Source: Candidatus Moraniibacteriota bacterium (GTDB taxonomy: Bacteria > Patescibacteriota > Minisyncoccia > Moranbacterales > DUUL01). From it: DNA of 64,000 bases. Below the pieces are notes generated by a model, which saw only the letters and a list, made by a program, of their open reading frames with translations, was not told the origin of the DNA and ran no database searches. The position numbers were made by a program, and so were the translations under genes. Each line of letters starts with the position of its first letter. Position 1 is the first letter of the stretch. The stretch covers positions 38,954 to 102,953 of the forward strand of contig DUUL01000039.1 of the NCBI GenBank assembly GCA_012841575.1, written 5' to 3'. Of the stretch, positions 27,025 through 35,896 are shown one piece after another.

Positions 27025-28854
27025 ATGAAAAAACTAAACAGATTTTTTATTAAACACTTCCTATTATTTGTCGGAGTTTTTGTTTTTGCTGGTGGTTGCA
27101 TGGCTAATGAAAAGGAGGAGGTTTCAGTTGCTCAAAATCAAAATTATCCCCCTAGAGAAATAGTCATTCAATTCAAAAAAGAACTCTTAAGCCTTGAAGG
27201 TGAAGACAATCTTCAAAAAGCACAAGAAAAAATTAGTCAATTTAATGGCAAATTGTTACACAAAAATGAGATCAGCAATGTTGCTATTTTTCAATTAGAT
27301 CAAGCTACTTTTGAAAAAAAGAGTATTAAGGAAGCGCAAAAATTTTTGGATGAAGAAATTGCTGAACTTAAAAAACTGCCATCAGTAAAATTTGCAGAGC
27401 CAAATTATCAAAGACGACCACTTTCCATTAAAACAAACGATCCTCTGAGAAATAAACTTTGGGGATTAGACAATAAAGGACAAGAAATACTCGGGTTTGC
27501 TGGCACTGTAGACGCAGATATTGATGCGCCTGAAGCCTGGGTTATTTCCAGTGGCCTAGTTGATATTCCTGTTGCAATAATTGACACTGGAATTAATTAT
27601 AATCATCCAGATCTTGTTAGTAATCTTTGGAACGGCTCTGATTGTTTAGACAAAAATGGAGTTTATTTGGGTGGCTGTCTCCACGGTTATGATTTTGAAA
27701 AGGACGATCCAGATCCAATGATGGAAGACAATGAACACGGAACCTTAGTTGCTGGCATCATTGGTGCAACTCCCAATAACAACATTGGGATTTTAGGTGT
27801 TGCTCCAAGAGCCAAGATTATGAGTCTAAAAAGTAGTTTGACTATTTATGAATTAGTAAATGCAATTGACTTTATAATCGCTAATGACGTAAAAATAATT
27901 AATGCTAGTTATGGCGGAGAAGAGTTTTCTCAAATCGAATATCAGGCTATTAAAAAATTTGGGGATCACGGAGGTATTTTAGTGGCTGGTGCTGGCAATA
28001 ATAACACTAACAATGATTCCTCTCACCACTATCCCTCTGACTATAATCTAAATAATATTATTTCCGTGGCAGCTACTAATCAATCTGATCAATTGTCCTC
28101 TTTTTCTAATTATGGAAAAATTTCGGTGGACGTAGCAGCCCCTGGGGAAAATATCTTAACCACTTCAGGGCAAAACAATTCTTTTGTCTATATTTCTGGC
28201 ACATCAATGGCAGCACCTTATGTTTCCGGTCTAACAGCGTTATTGTGGAGCTATAAGCCAAATTTAAGTGCTCAACAAGTGAGACAGCTTATTTTAGAGT
28301 CAGGAGATAGTCTACCAACCCTTGCCAATAAAACTTCGACAGGCAAGCGAATTAATGCTTATAAAACACTAGATAATCCTTTTGCTCAAACAAAGGAGTT
28401 ATATCGTTTTTATAGTCAAAATCATCAAGCACATTTTTACACGATTAGTAAAGCGGAGCGTGATCACATTATTGCTACTTATCCAAGAGAAGAATGGAAC
28501 TATGAGGGAATTGCCTGGAAAGGCTTTGAGAATAAAGTGTCTGGCTTAAAACTTTTGCCAGTTTATCGTTTTTATAGCCTAGCTTATCGCAAACATTTTT
28601 TCACAATTTCAGAAGCAGAGAAAAATAAAATCTTTAGTGGAGCTTATCCAGAAGCACAATGGAACTATGAAGGAGTTGCTTGGTATGCTTATCCAACAAT
28701 TAATACGGGACTTTCACCCATCTATCGTTTTTATAATCAAAATCATCAAGCACATTTTTACACCATTAGCAAAACAGAGCGTGACCACATTATTACTACT
28801 TATCCAAGAGAAGAATGGAATTATGAGGGCATTGCTTATTACTCACTGAAATAA
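27025..28854 (+). CDS. Secreted subtilisin-like serine protease (peptidase S8) with three C-terminal RFY repeats
   Basis: Signal peptide. Catalytic triad contexts AIIDTGI (Asp), HGTLVAGIIG (His), GTSMAAPYVSG (Ser). C-terminal repeats LYRFYSQNHQAHFYTISKAERDHI..WNYEGIAW, VYRFYSLAYRKHFFTISEAEKNKI..WNYEGVAWY, IYRFYNQNHQAHFYTISKTERDHI..WNYEGIAYY. Confidence 0.85.
   Translation: MKKLNRFFIKHFLLFVGVFVFAGGCMANEKEEVSVAQNQNYPPREIVIQFKKELLSLEGEDNLQKAQEKISQFNGKLLHKNEISNVAIFQLDQATFEKKSIKEAQKFLDEEIAELKKLPSVKFAEPNYQRRPLSIKTNDPLRNKLWGLDNKGQEILGFAGTVDADIDAPEAWVISSGLVDIPVAIIDTGINYNHPDLVSNLWNGSDCLDKNGVYLGGCLHGYDFEKDDPDPMMEDNEHGTLVAGIIGATPNNNIGILGVAPRAKIMSLKSSLTIYELVNAIDFIIANDVKIINASYGGEEFSQIEYQAIKKFGDHGGILVAGAGNNNTNNDSSHHYPSDYNLNNIISVAATNQSDQLSSFSNYGKISVDVAAPGENILTTSGQNNSFVYISGTSMAAPYVSGLTALLWSYKPNLSAQQVRQLILESGDSLPTLANKTSTGKRINAYKTLDNPFAQTKELYRFYSQNHQAHFYTISKAERDHIIATYPREEWNYEGIAWKGFENKVSGLKLLPVYRFYSLAYRKHFFTISEAEKNKIFSGAYPEAQWNYEGVAWYAYPTINTGLSPIYRFYNQNHQAHFYTISKTERDHIITTYPREEWNYEGIAYYSLK
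28402..28836 (+). repeat. Two ~115-nt direct repeats, ~90% identical, about 320 nt apart inside the protease gene
   Basis: tatcgtttttatagtcaaaatcatcaagcacatttttacacgattagtaaagcggagcgtgatcac... compared with tatcgtttttataatcaaaatcatcaagcacatttttacaccattagcaaaacagagcgtgaccac... Confidence 0.8.
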
Positions 28855-28872
28855 AAAACAACTTTTGAGTTG

Positions 28873-28945
28873 AGCCAGAAGTGGGAATCGAACCCACGAC
28901 CTACGCGTTACGAGTGCGTTGCTCTGCCAACTGAGCTATTCTGGC
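28873..28945 (-). tRNA. tRNA-Thr (anticodon CGU)
   Basis: Reverse complement is GCCAGAATAGCTCAGTTGGCAGAGCAACGCACTCGTAACGCGTAGGTCGTGGGTTCGATTCCCACTTCTGGCT. Anticodon loop CTCGTAA. T-arm GTGGG/CCCAC. CCA is not encoded. Confidence 0.8.
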
Positions 28946-29021
28946 CAAGAGGCTATTTTCAATTGACTTTTGAGAAAAACTTATTTAAGTTTAGAGTAAA
29001 GTTTATTTATTTTCAAGACTT

Positions 29022-30126
29022 ATGCTTTTAGCTGATATTAAAAGGGGAGTTAAAGAATTAAAAAATAAAATCGTTCAGTTGAACGACTGTCTTTGACTGG
29101 CAGGAGATTAGAAAAAAAATTACAGAAATAGAAAAAGAAACTACTAATCAAAATGATTGGTCTGATTATGCTAGATTAGGACAACTTGCAAAGGAAAAAG
29201 AAGATTTAAAAAATGAGTTAAAGGAGTGGGAGAGTTTAGTTCAAGAGCAAAAGGAGTTGAGTTTATTCATTAACTCCATCAATGAAAATGTGGACGACCT
29301 TCAATTAGCAGAGATTCAGTTGAAAGATTTGCTTGGAAGAATTAAACATTTTGAACAAAAGAAATTCTTTCAAGGTAAATATGACAAATCTAATGCAATT
29401 CTATCTTTGCAAGCAGGCGCCGGAGGAACAGATGCTCAAGACTGGGCAGAGATGCTTTTGCGTATGTACCTGCGTTATGCTGAAAGGAAAAATTGGTCAA
29501 TTAAAATTTTACACCAGTCACGCGGACTAGAAGCGGGTATCAAAAACACTACCATAGAAATTCAAGGTCAAAATACTTATGGATTTTTAAAAAGAGAGGG
29601 AGGGGTTCATCGCTTAGTTCGACTTTCTCCATTTAATGCAGATAGTCTTCGCCAAACTTCTTTTGCACTGGTGGAGGTGTTGCCTATACTAGAAAGACAA
29701 GTTGAATTAAAAATTAACCCTGCAGATTTAAGAATTGATACCTTTCGAGCCTCTGGTGCGGGAGGACAGCATGTTAATAAGACTGACAGTGCAGTGCGTA
29801 TTACTCACTTGCCAACTGGTCTAATGGTGGCTTGTCAAAATGAACGCTCTCAATTGCAAAACAAAGAAAAGGCAATGAAAATCTTAGAATCAAAATTGGT
29901 GCAGTTAATGGAACAAAAGCAAGTTAAAGAATTAGAAGACCTTAAGGGTGAGCAAAGAAAAATTGAGTGGGGAAGCCAAATTCGCTCTTACGTTTTACAC
30001 CCCTATAAAATGCTTAAGGACCACCGCACTGAATTTCAAACCTCAGCTGTGGAAAAAGTTTTAGAGGGAGAGTTAGATGAATTAATTGAAGACAATTTAA
30101 ATAAGATTGGGATGATCAAACATTGA
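29022..30126 (+). CDS. prfB: Peptide chain release factor 2 with programmed +1 ribosomal frameshift. Frame 0 is 29022..29096 and the +1 frame continues from 29095.
   Basis: Frame 0 reads MLLADIKRGVKELKNKIVQLNDCL then TGA. Shifting +1 at CTT-TGA-C gives DWQEIRKK...KELSLFINSINENVDDL, continuous with ORF 29257..30126. RF2-specific SPF (LVRLSPFNAD) and GGQ (GAGGQHVNKT) motifs are present. Confidence 0.85.
29090..29096 (+). promoter_or_regulatory. RF2 autoregulatory +1 frameshift site CTT TGA C
   Basis: Heptamer cttTGAc read directly, 24 codons after the ATG. There is no obvious AGGGGG-type internal Shine-Dalgarno 3 nt upstream. The upstream sequence is aacgactgt. Confidence 0.75.
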
Positions 30127-30193
30127 CAAATTGTCTTAAGGAGTTAATATCCTACTGGTTCTTTTTAAATCATTGCTTACTTAGGAGGAGAGC

Positions 30194-30565
30194 ATGAAAA
30201 ACTTGATAAAGCAGATATCGGTTATGGCTGAATATTGCAAAGACCAAGACCAAGGGTTTTGGTCGGCATATCAATATGCCAGAACCGCACCAGTGCTTCC
30301 TGCTGGGGCAGATAGGTGGTTTGTTATATTAAAGTCACCATTTGCAGAAAATTTTTGGTTTTACAGAGAGCTGCTAAAGACTCAAAAGAATCAAGAATTA
30401 CTCATTGTGCCCGGCTCTTTAGAGCGGGATGCCTATAAAAATGGCTTTCCTTTAGGAGAGTGGGAGAAGTGGTGTATTGCGATTAACAACCAAGGCGTTA
30501 TACCAACCGAGGCTTATGCCTTTCTTCCAAATGAAGAAAAACAAATCTTTTGGAGCTCAATGTAA
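30194..30565 (+). CDS. Hypothetical protein (123 aa)
   Basis: ORF only. No recognisable motif. Confidence 0.35.
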   Translation: MKNLIKQISVMAEYCKDQDQGFWSAYQYARTAPVLPAGADRWFVILKSPFAENFWFYRELLKTQKNQELLIVPGSLERDAYKNGFPLGEWEKWCIAINNQGVIPTEAYAFLPNEEKQIFWSSM

Positions 30566-30735
30566 ATAAATGTAAGAAAAAGTTTTTAAGTAAAGGCTAT
30601 TCTCTAAAAAGAGTAGCCTTTTTTCATCTCTGAAGAAAAAGCTAAATTAAACAAGAAAATTGGCCAACAAAAAACCAGCTATTTAGCGGGCTATCGGTTA
30701 TTAAAACAAAAATATTAAACTAAGCAATTTTCTAT

Positions 30736-30811
30736 TGGTGGGTGCAGGGGGAATCGAACCCTCGACCTTCTGCTTAAAAGGCAGTTGCTCTACCGACTGA
30801 GCTATGCACCC
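30736..30811 (-). tRNA. tRNA-Lys (anticodon UUU)
   Basis: Reverse complement is GGGTGCATAGCTCAGTCGGTAGAGCAACTGCCTTTTAAGCAGAAGGTCGAGGGTTCGATTCCCCCTGCACCCACCA. Anticodon loop CTTTTAA. CCA is encoded. One A-C mismatch in the T-stem. Confidence 0.8.
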
Positions 30812-30933
30812 AATAAAAATATTTAATTTAAAAGTGAAAATTAACAACTAAAGATGATTATACAAATAACTTGAAAATTAGTCAATAACTTGTATACTTA
30901 TAAGAAGTAAGTTTACTATTAAAACTCAAATTA

Positions 30934-32190
30934 ATGAAAATCAAATCCCTACAGGCTCGTGAAATTCTTGACTCAAGAGCCAATCCAACAGTTGAAGTTA
31001 AAATTATTCTTGAAAACGGAGCGGAAGCGAAGGCAGCTGTTCCTAGTGGTGCCTCTACTGGTGAAAATGAGGCCTTAGAGCTAAGAGATAATAATGAGGA
31101 GCGTTATGGAGGAAAAGGCGTCTTAACGGCTTGTCAGAATATAATAGAAAAGATTTACCCGAGTATTAGAGATTTCAGTGTTTTTGATCAACAAAAAGTT
31201 GATCAAAAAATGCTAGAGATTGATGGCACTAAAAATAAATCAACCTTGGGTGCAAATGCAATCTTGGCAGTTTCTTTAAGTGTTGCTCGGGCTGCTGCTA
31301 ATGCTAGAATGATGCCTTTATGGAAGTATTTGCAAGAAAAATTTGAGATTGAACAGAGAGAGGATGTTGTTCTTCCAGCTTTAATGATGAACGTGATTAA
31401 TGGAGGCGCTCACGCTGATAGCGGTTTAGATTTTCAAGAATATATGATTGTTGTTGATGGTTTTGATAATTTCTCTGAACGCTTGAGAGCAGGAACTGAA
31501 TTGTACCACGCCTTGGGAAAAGAATTAAAGGGGCGTGGCTTTAAAACAGCTGTTGGAGATGAGGGTGGCTTTGCTCCCGCCTTAAATTCAAATGAAGAAC
31601 CTTTGGAATTGATGACTAAAATAATCAATGAAAGTTCTTTTGTAAATCAGGGCGACGTTCAGCTTGGCATGGATGTTGCTGCTAGTGAATTTTTTGATGG
31701 AGAAAATTATAAACTAACTCTAGAAGAGGAGACTATACCTGGTGTTTATTTAGCAAAAAAATATGAACAGTGGTTAGAGAAGTATAAAATACGTCTAATT
31801 GAAGATCCTTTTTCAGAGAAAGACTGGGAGAGTTGGAAAGCCTTTACAAATTCTCACGAAAACAATTTAACTTTAATTGGAGATGACTTATTAGTAACTC
31901 AAAAACAATTTTTAACACGGGCGATTGAAGAAAAAGCTTGTAATGCAATTTTAATTAAAGTGAATCAAGTTGGTTCACTTACTGAAACCATGGAAACCAT
32001 TAAGTTAGCCAAGGAGAGTAATTTTAAAATCGCCGTTTCACATCGAAGTGGAGAAACCTGGGATGATTTTATTGCAGATTTAGCAATTGCAACTCAAGCA
32101 GAATTTGTTAAATTTGGTGCTCCAGCAAGAACAGAAAGAAGCACTAAATACAATCGATTGGCGGAAATTGCTCTGGATTTAGGAAAATAA
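30934..32190 (+). CDS. eno: Enolase
   Basis: Classic N-terminus REILDSRANPTVEV and SGASTGENEALELRD. Length 418 aa. Confidence 0.95.
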   Translation: MKIKSLQAREILDSRANPTVEVKIILENGAEAKAAVPSGASTGENEALELRDNNEERYGGKGVLTACQNIIEKIYPSIRDFSVFDQQKVDQKMLEIDGTKNKSTLGANAILAVSLSVARAAANARMMPLWKYLQEKFEIEQREDVVLPALMMNVINGGAHADSGLDFQEYMIVVDGFDNFSERLRAGTELYHALGKELKGRGFKTAVGDEGGFAPALNSNEEPLELMTKIINESSFVNQGDVQLGMDVAASEFFDGENYKLTLEEETIPGVYLAKKYEQWLEKYKIRLIEDPFSEKDWESWKAFTNSHENNLTLIGDDLLVTQKQFLTRAIEEKACNAILIKVNQVGSLTETMETIKLAKESNFKIAVSHRSGETWDDFIADLAIATQAEFVKFGAPARTERSTKYNRLAEIALDLGK

Positions 32191-32222
32191 ATTTTTGAAT
32201 TAACTTTGATAAAAAATATTTA

Positions 32223-33230
32223 ATGAAAAAAATTATCTGCATCGGCTCAGTCACAAAGGATATTTTTTTAGCTATTGATGAAAGTAGAATTATTGACAAT
32301 AGCCAAGATATAACTGCTAAGAAGTTAATGGCCTTTGAACTCGGAGCCAAAGTTTACGCTAATCATTGCTTGGAAAAATTTGGAGGCAGTGCAGCTAATG
32401 TGGCCACCGGATTAACTAAGGCAGAAATGAAAGCTTTTGTTTTTGCGCGTGTTAAAAAAGGTGAGGTTGGCAATTGGATTATAAAGCAGCTAGGGAAAAT
32501 AAAAGTTAAGAAGAATTATTTGCAAAAAACGGGCGACGCTAACACTGCGGTTTCCGTAATTGTCTCTGACTACAAAAACGAAGATAGAATAATTTTTCGC
32601 ACAGGCGACTCTGTTGAGACATTTGATCTAACTAAAGCATTGGAAAAATTTAAGGAGAGAGTTGATTGGATTTATGTTGGATCTCAAAAAAATAATTGGC
32701 AAAACAAACTAAAGGAAGTTTTCAGTTTTGCTGAAGTCAAAAAAGCAAAAATTACACTGTCTCCTTCAAGCTGGCAGATTTCAAAAGATGCTAAGGATTT
32801 AGTGGCTATTCTAAATAAAGTCAATGTTTTATTTTTAAATCGAGACGAAGCACTCGAGTTGGTTAAGAATATAGAAGGAGAGGTTGAAGACAATCCAGAA
32901 AGCTTACTAACAAAAATTTTATCCTATGACGTTGAAGTTGTTGCAATTACGGATGGGGCAAACGGTGCCTATGTTGGCAACAAAATTAATAAACTTTTTC
33001 TTCCTGCAGCCAAAACTACAGTAAGAGAAACTGTTGGCGCAGGAGATGCTTTTTGTAGTGGATTTTTAGCAAACTACATTGAAACAGAGGATATTAGACA
33101 AGCCTTAACCTGGGGAATTTCCAATAGCGCTGGCGTAATAAGTAAAATTGGAGGAGCAGAGGGATTGTTAACTAAAAGGGAGATGCGCCATCGAGGCAGT
33201 TTACTAGAAGATCAAATTAAAATTTTATAA
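32223..33230 (+). CDS. PfkB-family carbohydrate kinase (ribokinase-like)
   Basis: N-terminal ICIGSVTKD. C-terminal PfkB signature GAGDAFCSGFLA. Confidence 0.8.
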   Translation: MKKIICIGSVTKDIFLAIDESRIIDNSQDITAKKLMAFELGAKVYANHCLEKFGGSAANVATGLTKAEMKAFVFARVKKGEVGNWIIKQLGKIKVKKNYLQKTGDANTAVSVIVSDYKNEDRIIFRTGDSVETFDLTKALEKFKERVDWIYVGSQKNNWQNKLKEVFSFAEVKKAKITLSPSSWQISKDAKDLVAILNKVNVLFLNRDEALELVKNIEGEVEDNPESLLTKILSYDVEVVAITDGANGAYVGNKINKLFLPAAKTTVRETVGAGDAFCSGFLANYIETEDIRQALTWGISNSAGVISKIGGAEGLLTKREMRHRGSLLEDQIKIL

Positions 33231-33261
33231 CTTTATCCATAAATAACAAACCATAATTAAA

Positions 33262-35310
33262 ATGAAAAATTTTTTTAATCCCCAAAGTGTTGCAATTGTC
33301 GGCGCCTCTAATGAAAAAGGGAAAATAGGACAGATTTTAATGGAGAATGCTGGACAAAGCAAAAATTTAAAACTTTTCCCCGTCAATCCTAAAAGGAAGA
33401 AAATTAACGGGATTAAATGCTACCCAACAGTTTTAGATATCCAAGAAAAAGTTGATTTGGCCATCATTGTAATTCCAGCACGATTTGTTTTGCAGGTAGT
33501 AAAAGAGTGTGCGCAAAAAAAAGATCCGATTAAAAATATAATAATCATTTCAGCTGGTTTTGCTGAAAGTGGGGAAGCGGGAAGAAAAATAGAGTTAGAG
33601 CTTAAAGCAATTGCTGAAAAAAATAAACTTTTAATTTTAGGTCCCAATTGTCTAGGCTCAATTAATGCTACTGATGGAGTCAATCTTTCTTTTGCTAAAA
33701 ATAATTTCCCTAAAGGCAATATTGGCTTAATTATGCAATCTGGGGCGCTAACCACGGCTCTTTTAGACCGAGCAGGAGAAGAGGGTCTTGGTTTTTCCTT
33801 GGTAACAACTTTGGGCAACAAAACTGTCCTTAATGAAAATGACTTCATCGACTATTATTTAAAAGACAAGAAAACAGAAATGATTGCTTTATATCTAGAA
33901 GACATTAGAGCTGGTCGGAGGTTTAAAAAAATTCTTGAAAAAATTAAAAATAAAAAACCAGTGATTGTGATAAAAGCAGGTCGTAGCGAACGCACTAAAC
34001 AAGCAATTCAATCTCATACAGGAGCTATGGCAGGAGGGGTTGAAGTTTTGAAAGCAATTTTAGAAGAAAATAGAGCCTATTATACTGCAGGAATAGAGGA
34101 ACTATTTGATCTTTTGAAAATTTTTTCCACTTTCCCTTTGCCGCGTAATAATAATTTAGCGATTATTACTAACGCGGGAGGACCTGGAGTTATTGCTACT
34201 GATTTAATCGAAGAGGCTGAAAATATCAATATTGCTCAACTTCAGAAAAAAACAATTGATCAATTAAAGGCTGTTTTACCAGCAGAGGCTTCTAAGGTTA
34301 ATCCAGTTGATATTTTAGGTGATGCATTAGAAGATCGCTACCAAAATGCCATTGATGTAGTTGTGCAAGACAAAAATGTTGGGGGGATTTTAGCCCTAAT
34401 CACACCACAAGCACAGACTCCCTTGAAAAAAATTGCTAACACTCTAGCTTTGGTAAATAAAAAATACTCAATTCCAGTTTATCCCGTTTTTATTACTGCT
34501 CACAACGAAGAGGCTATGAATGTTTTTAAGAAAAATGACCTAACTCATTTTGTTTACCCTGAGGAAATTATCAATGCCTTAAATAAGTTCTTCTCAAACC
34601 AAAAAACCAAGATATCTTCTGAGCAACTTAGTTTCAGAAAAAATAAACAGTCATCAAGCAAGGCAGAGAAAATAAAGATGATTGCAAAAAAAGACCAGCG
34701 ACAAGTTCTTTTTTACAAAGAGGCTGTATCCTTGGCAAGTATTTATAAATTTAATCCTTTAGGCGCAACTTACTTAAATAACGAAAGAGACGTAAGTCTA
34801 GTAAAAAAATTTCCTATTGTAGCAAAAATTGACTCACAAACTGTTTTGCACAAAAGGGCTCGAGGCGGAGTTGTGCTAAATATTGAAAATGCCCAATCTT
34901 TAAAAAAAGTATTTCAGCAAATGCAAGAAAAATTTCCCAATGATCTTATTTTGACTCAGCCAATGGTTGAACCAGGAGTTGAGCTGATTATGGGAATTAA
35001 AAATGATCGAGAATTTGGTTCTGTGTTGTTAATTGGATTGGGTGGCGTTGCAACTGAAATTTTCAATCAAAAAATAATTCTATCATTACCAACCAATAAG
35101 GAAAATATCAAACAAAAACTAGAGAACTCATTAATTGCTAAGTATTTAATGAAAGAAAGAATTTCACTATCACAAGTTGTTGACGAGGCGTTTAAACTTG
35201 CTACTCTGGGATTTGAAAATGACTGGATTGAAGAGTTAGATTTAAATCCGATCCTTTTCTACGAAAATAAAACACCTTTAGCGATTGATATTAAGGTTTT
35301 AATTAAATAA
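33262..35310 (+). CDS. Acetyl-CoA synthetase (ADP-forming), fused alpha/beta type (CoA-binding + succinyl-CoA synthetase-like + ATP-grasp)
   Basis: N-terminal CoA-binding fold (SVAIVGASNEKGKIGQ). Central CoA-ligase domain. C-terminal ATP-grasp. 682 aa fused architecture. Confidence 0.8.
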   Translation: MKNFFNPQSVAIVGASNEKGKIGQILMENAGQSKNLKLFPVNPKRKKINGIKCYPTVLDIQEKVDLAIIVIPARFVLQVVKECAQKKDPIKNIIIISAGFAESGEAGRKIELELKAIAEKNKLLILGPNCLGSINATDGVNLSFAKNNFPKGNIGLIMQSGALTTALLDRAGEEGLGFSLVTTLGNKTVLNENDFIDYYLKDKKTEMIALYLEDIRAGRRFKKILEKIKNKKPVIVIKAGRSERTKQAIQSHTGAMAGGVEVLKAILEENRAYYTAGIEELFDLLKIFSTFPLPRNNNLAIITNAGGPGVIATDLIEEAENINIAQLQKKTIDQLKAVLPAEASKVNPVDILGDALEDRYQNAIDVVVQDKNVGGILALITPQAQTPLKKIANTLALVNKKYSIPVYPVFITAHNEEAMNVFKKNDLTHFVYPEEIINALNKFFSNQKTKISSEQLSFRKNKQSSSKAEKIKMIAKKDQRQVLFYKEAVSLASIYKFNPLGATYLNNERDVSLVKKFPIVAKIDSQTVLHKRARGGVVLNIENAQSLKKVFQQMQEKFPNDLILTQPMVEPGVELIMGIKNDREFGSVLLIGLGGVATEIFNQKIILSLPTNKENIKQKLENSLIAKYLMKERISLSQVVDEAFKLATLGFENDWIEELDLNPILFYENKTPLAIDIKVLIK

Positions 35311-35322
35311 CCACTTCACACA

Positions 35323-35892
35323 ATGAATGCAAAATATCAAAATAAAATATTGATTGTGGATGACAATGATGAAATTCGCAATTCTAACGCAGAGCTCTTT
35401 CGCAATAATGACTATGATGTTTTGGAGGCAGCAGACGGCATTGAAGCGCTTTCAATAGTAAATAATGAAGCCCGGATCGATGTTATTCTTACTGGAATTG
35501 ATATGCCTAGAATGAACGGCTTTGAATTGATTGAAGAGTTGAAAAAGAATCCTCAAGGAGAGAAGATTCCAGTGGTTGTTTGCTCTCACTTGGGAAGGGA
35601 GGGGGATCGAGAGAAAATGTTAGCAATTGGTGCTAAGGATTTTATTTTACAAGGTATTGACTCTCCTGCTGAAATGGTGCACCGAGTGGCTATTGTTATT
35701 AAGCAAGGAAGCTACTTACTAAGAATTGATCCTTTAGATTTGGACGCTAAAAAGATGGCGGAAGACTTTAATTATCCAGCTAACTTCAAATGCAAAAACT
35801 GCTCTACTAATCTAGCCTTAAAGGTAAAATTTAACCCAACTCGTGAAATCTCTGCTAAAATTATATGCCCCGAGTGTGGACTGAATCATTGA
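35323..35892 (+). CDS. Response-regulator receiver domain protein with C-terminal zinc ribbon
   Basis: KILIVDDNDEIRN..., phospho-acceptor D in ILTGIDMP, K in GAKDFILQ. The C-terminus has CKNCS...CPECG. Confidence 0.75.
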   Translation: MNAKYQNKILIVDDNDEIRNSNAELFRNNDYDVLEAADGIEALSIVNNEARIDVILTGIDMPRMNGFELIEELKKNPQGEKIPVVVCSHLGREGDREKMLAIGAKDFILQGIDSPAEMVHRVAIVIKQGSYLLRIDPLDLDAKKMAEDFNYPANFKCKNCSTNLALKVKFNPTREISAKIICPECGLNH

Positions 35893-35896
35893 ATTA

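Noticed and set aside
28380-28860. Possible diversity-generating retroelement template/variable repeat pair
   Set aside because: Mismatches between the two ~115-nt copies are not adenine-specific. No reverse transcriptase ORF is in the window. Both copies are in-frame parts of the same protein repeat array.
29257-30126. Treating the 289-aa ORF as a complete, TTG-initiated RF2
   Set aside because: The upstream 78 codons in two frames supply the missing RF2 N-terminal domain via the conserved frameshift heptamer. The TTG is simply the first start-like codon after an in-frame stop.
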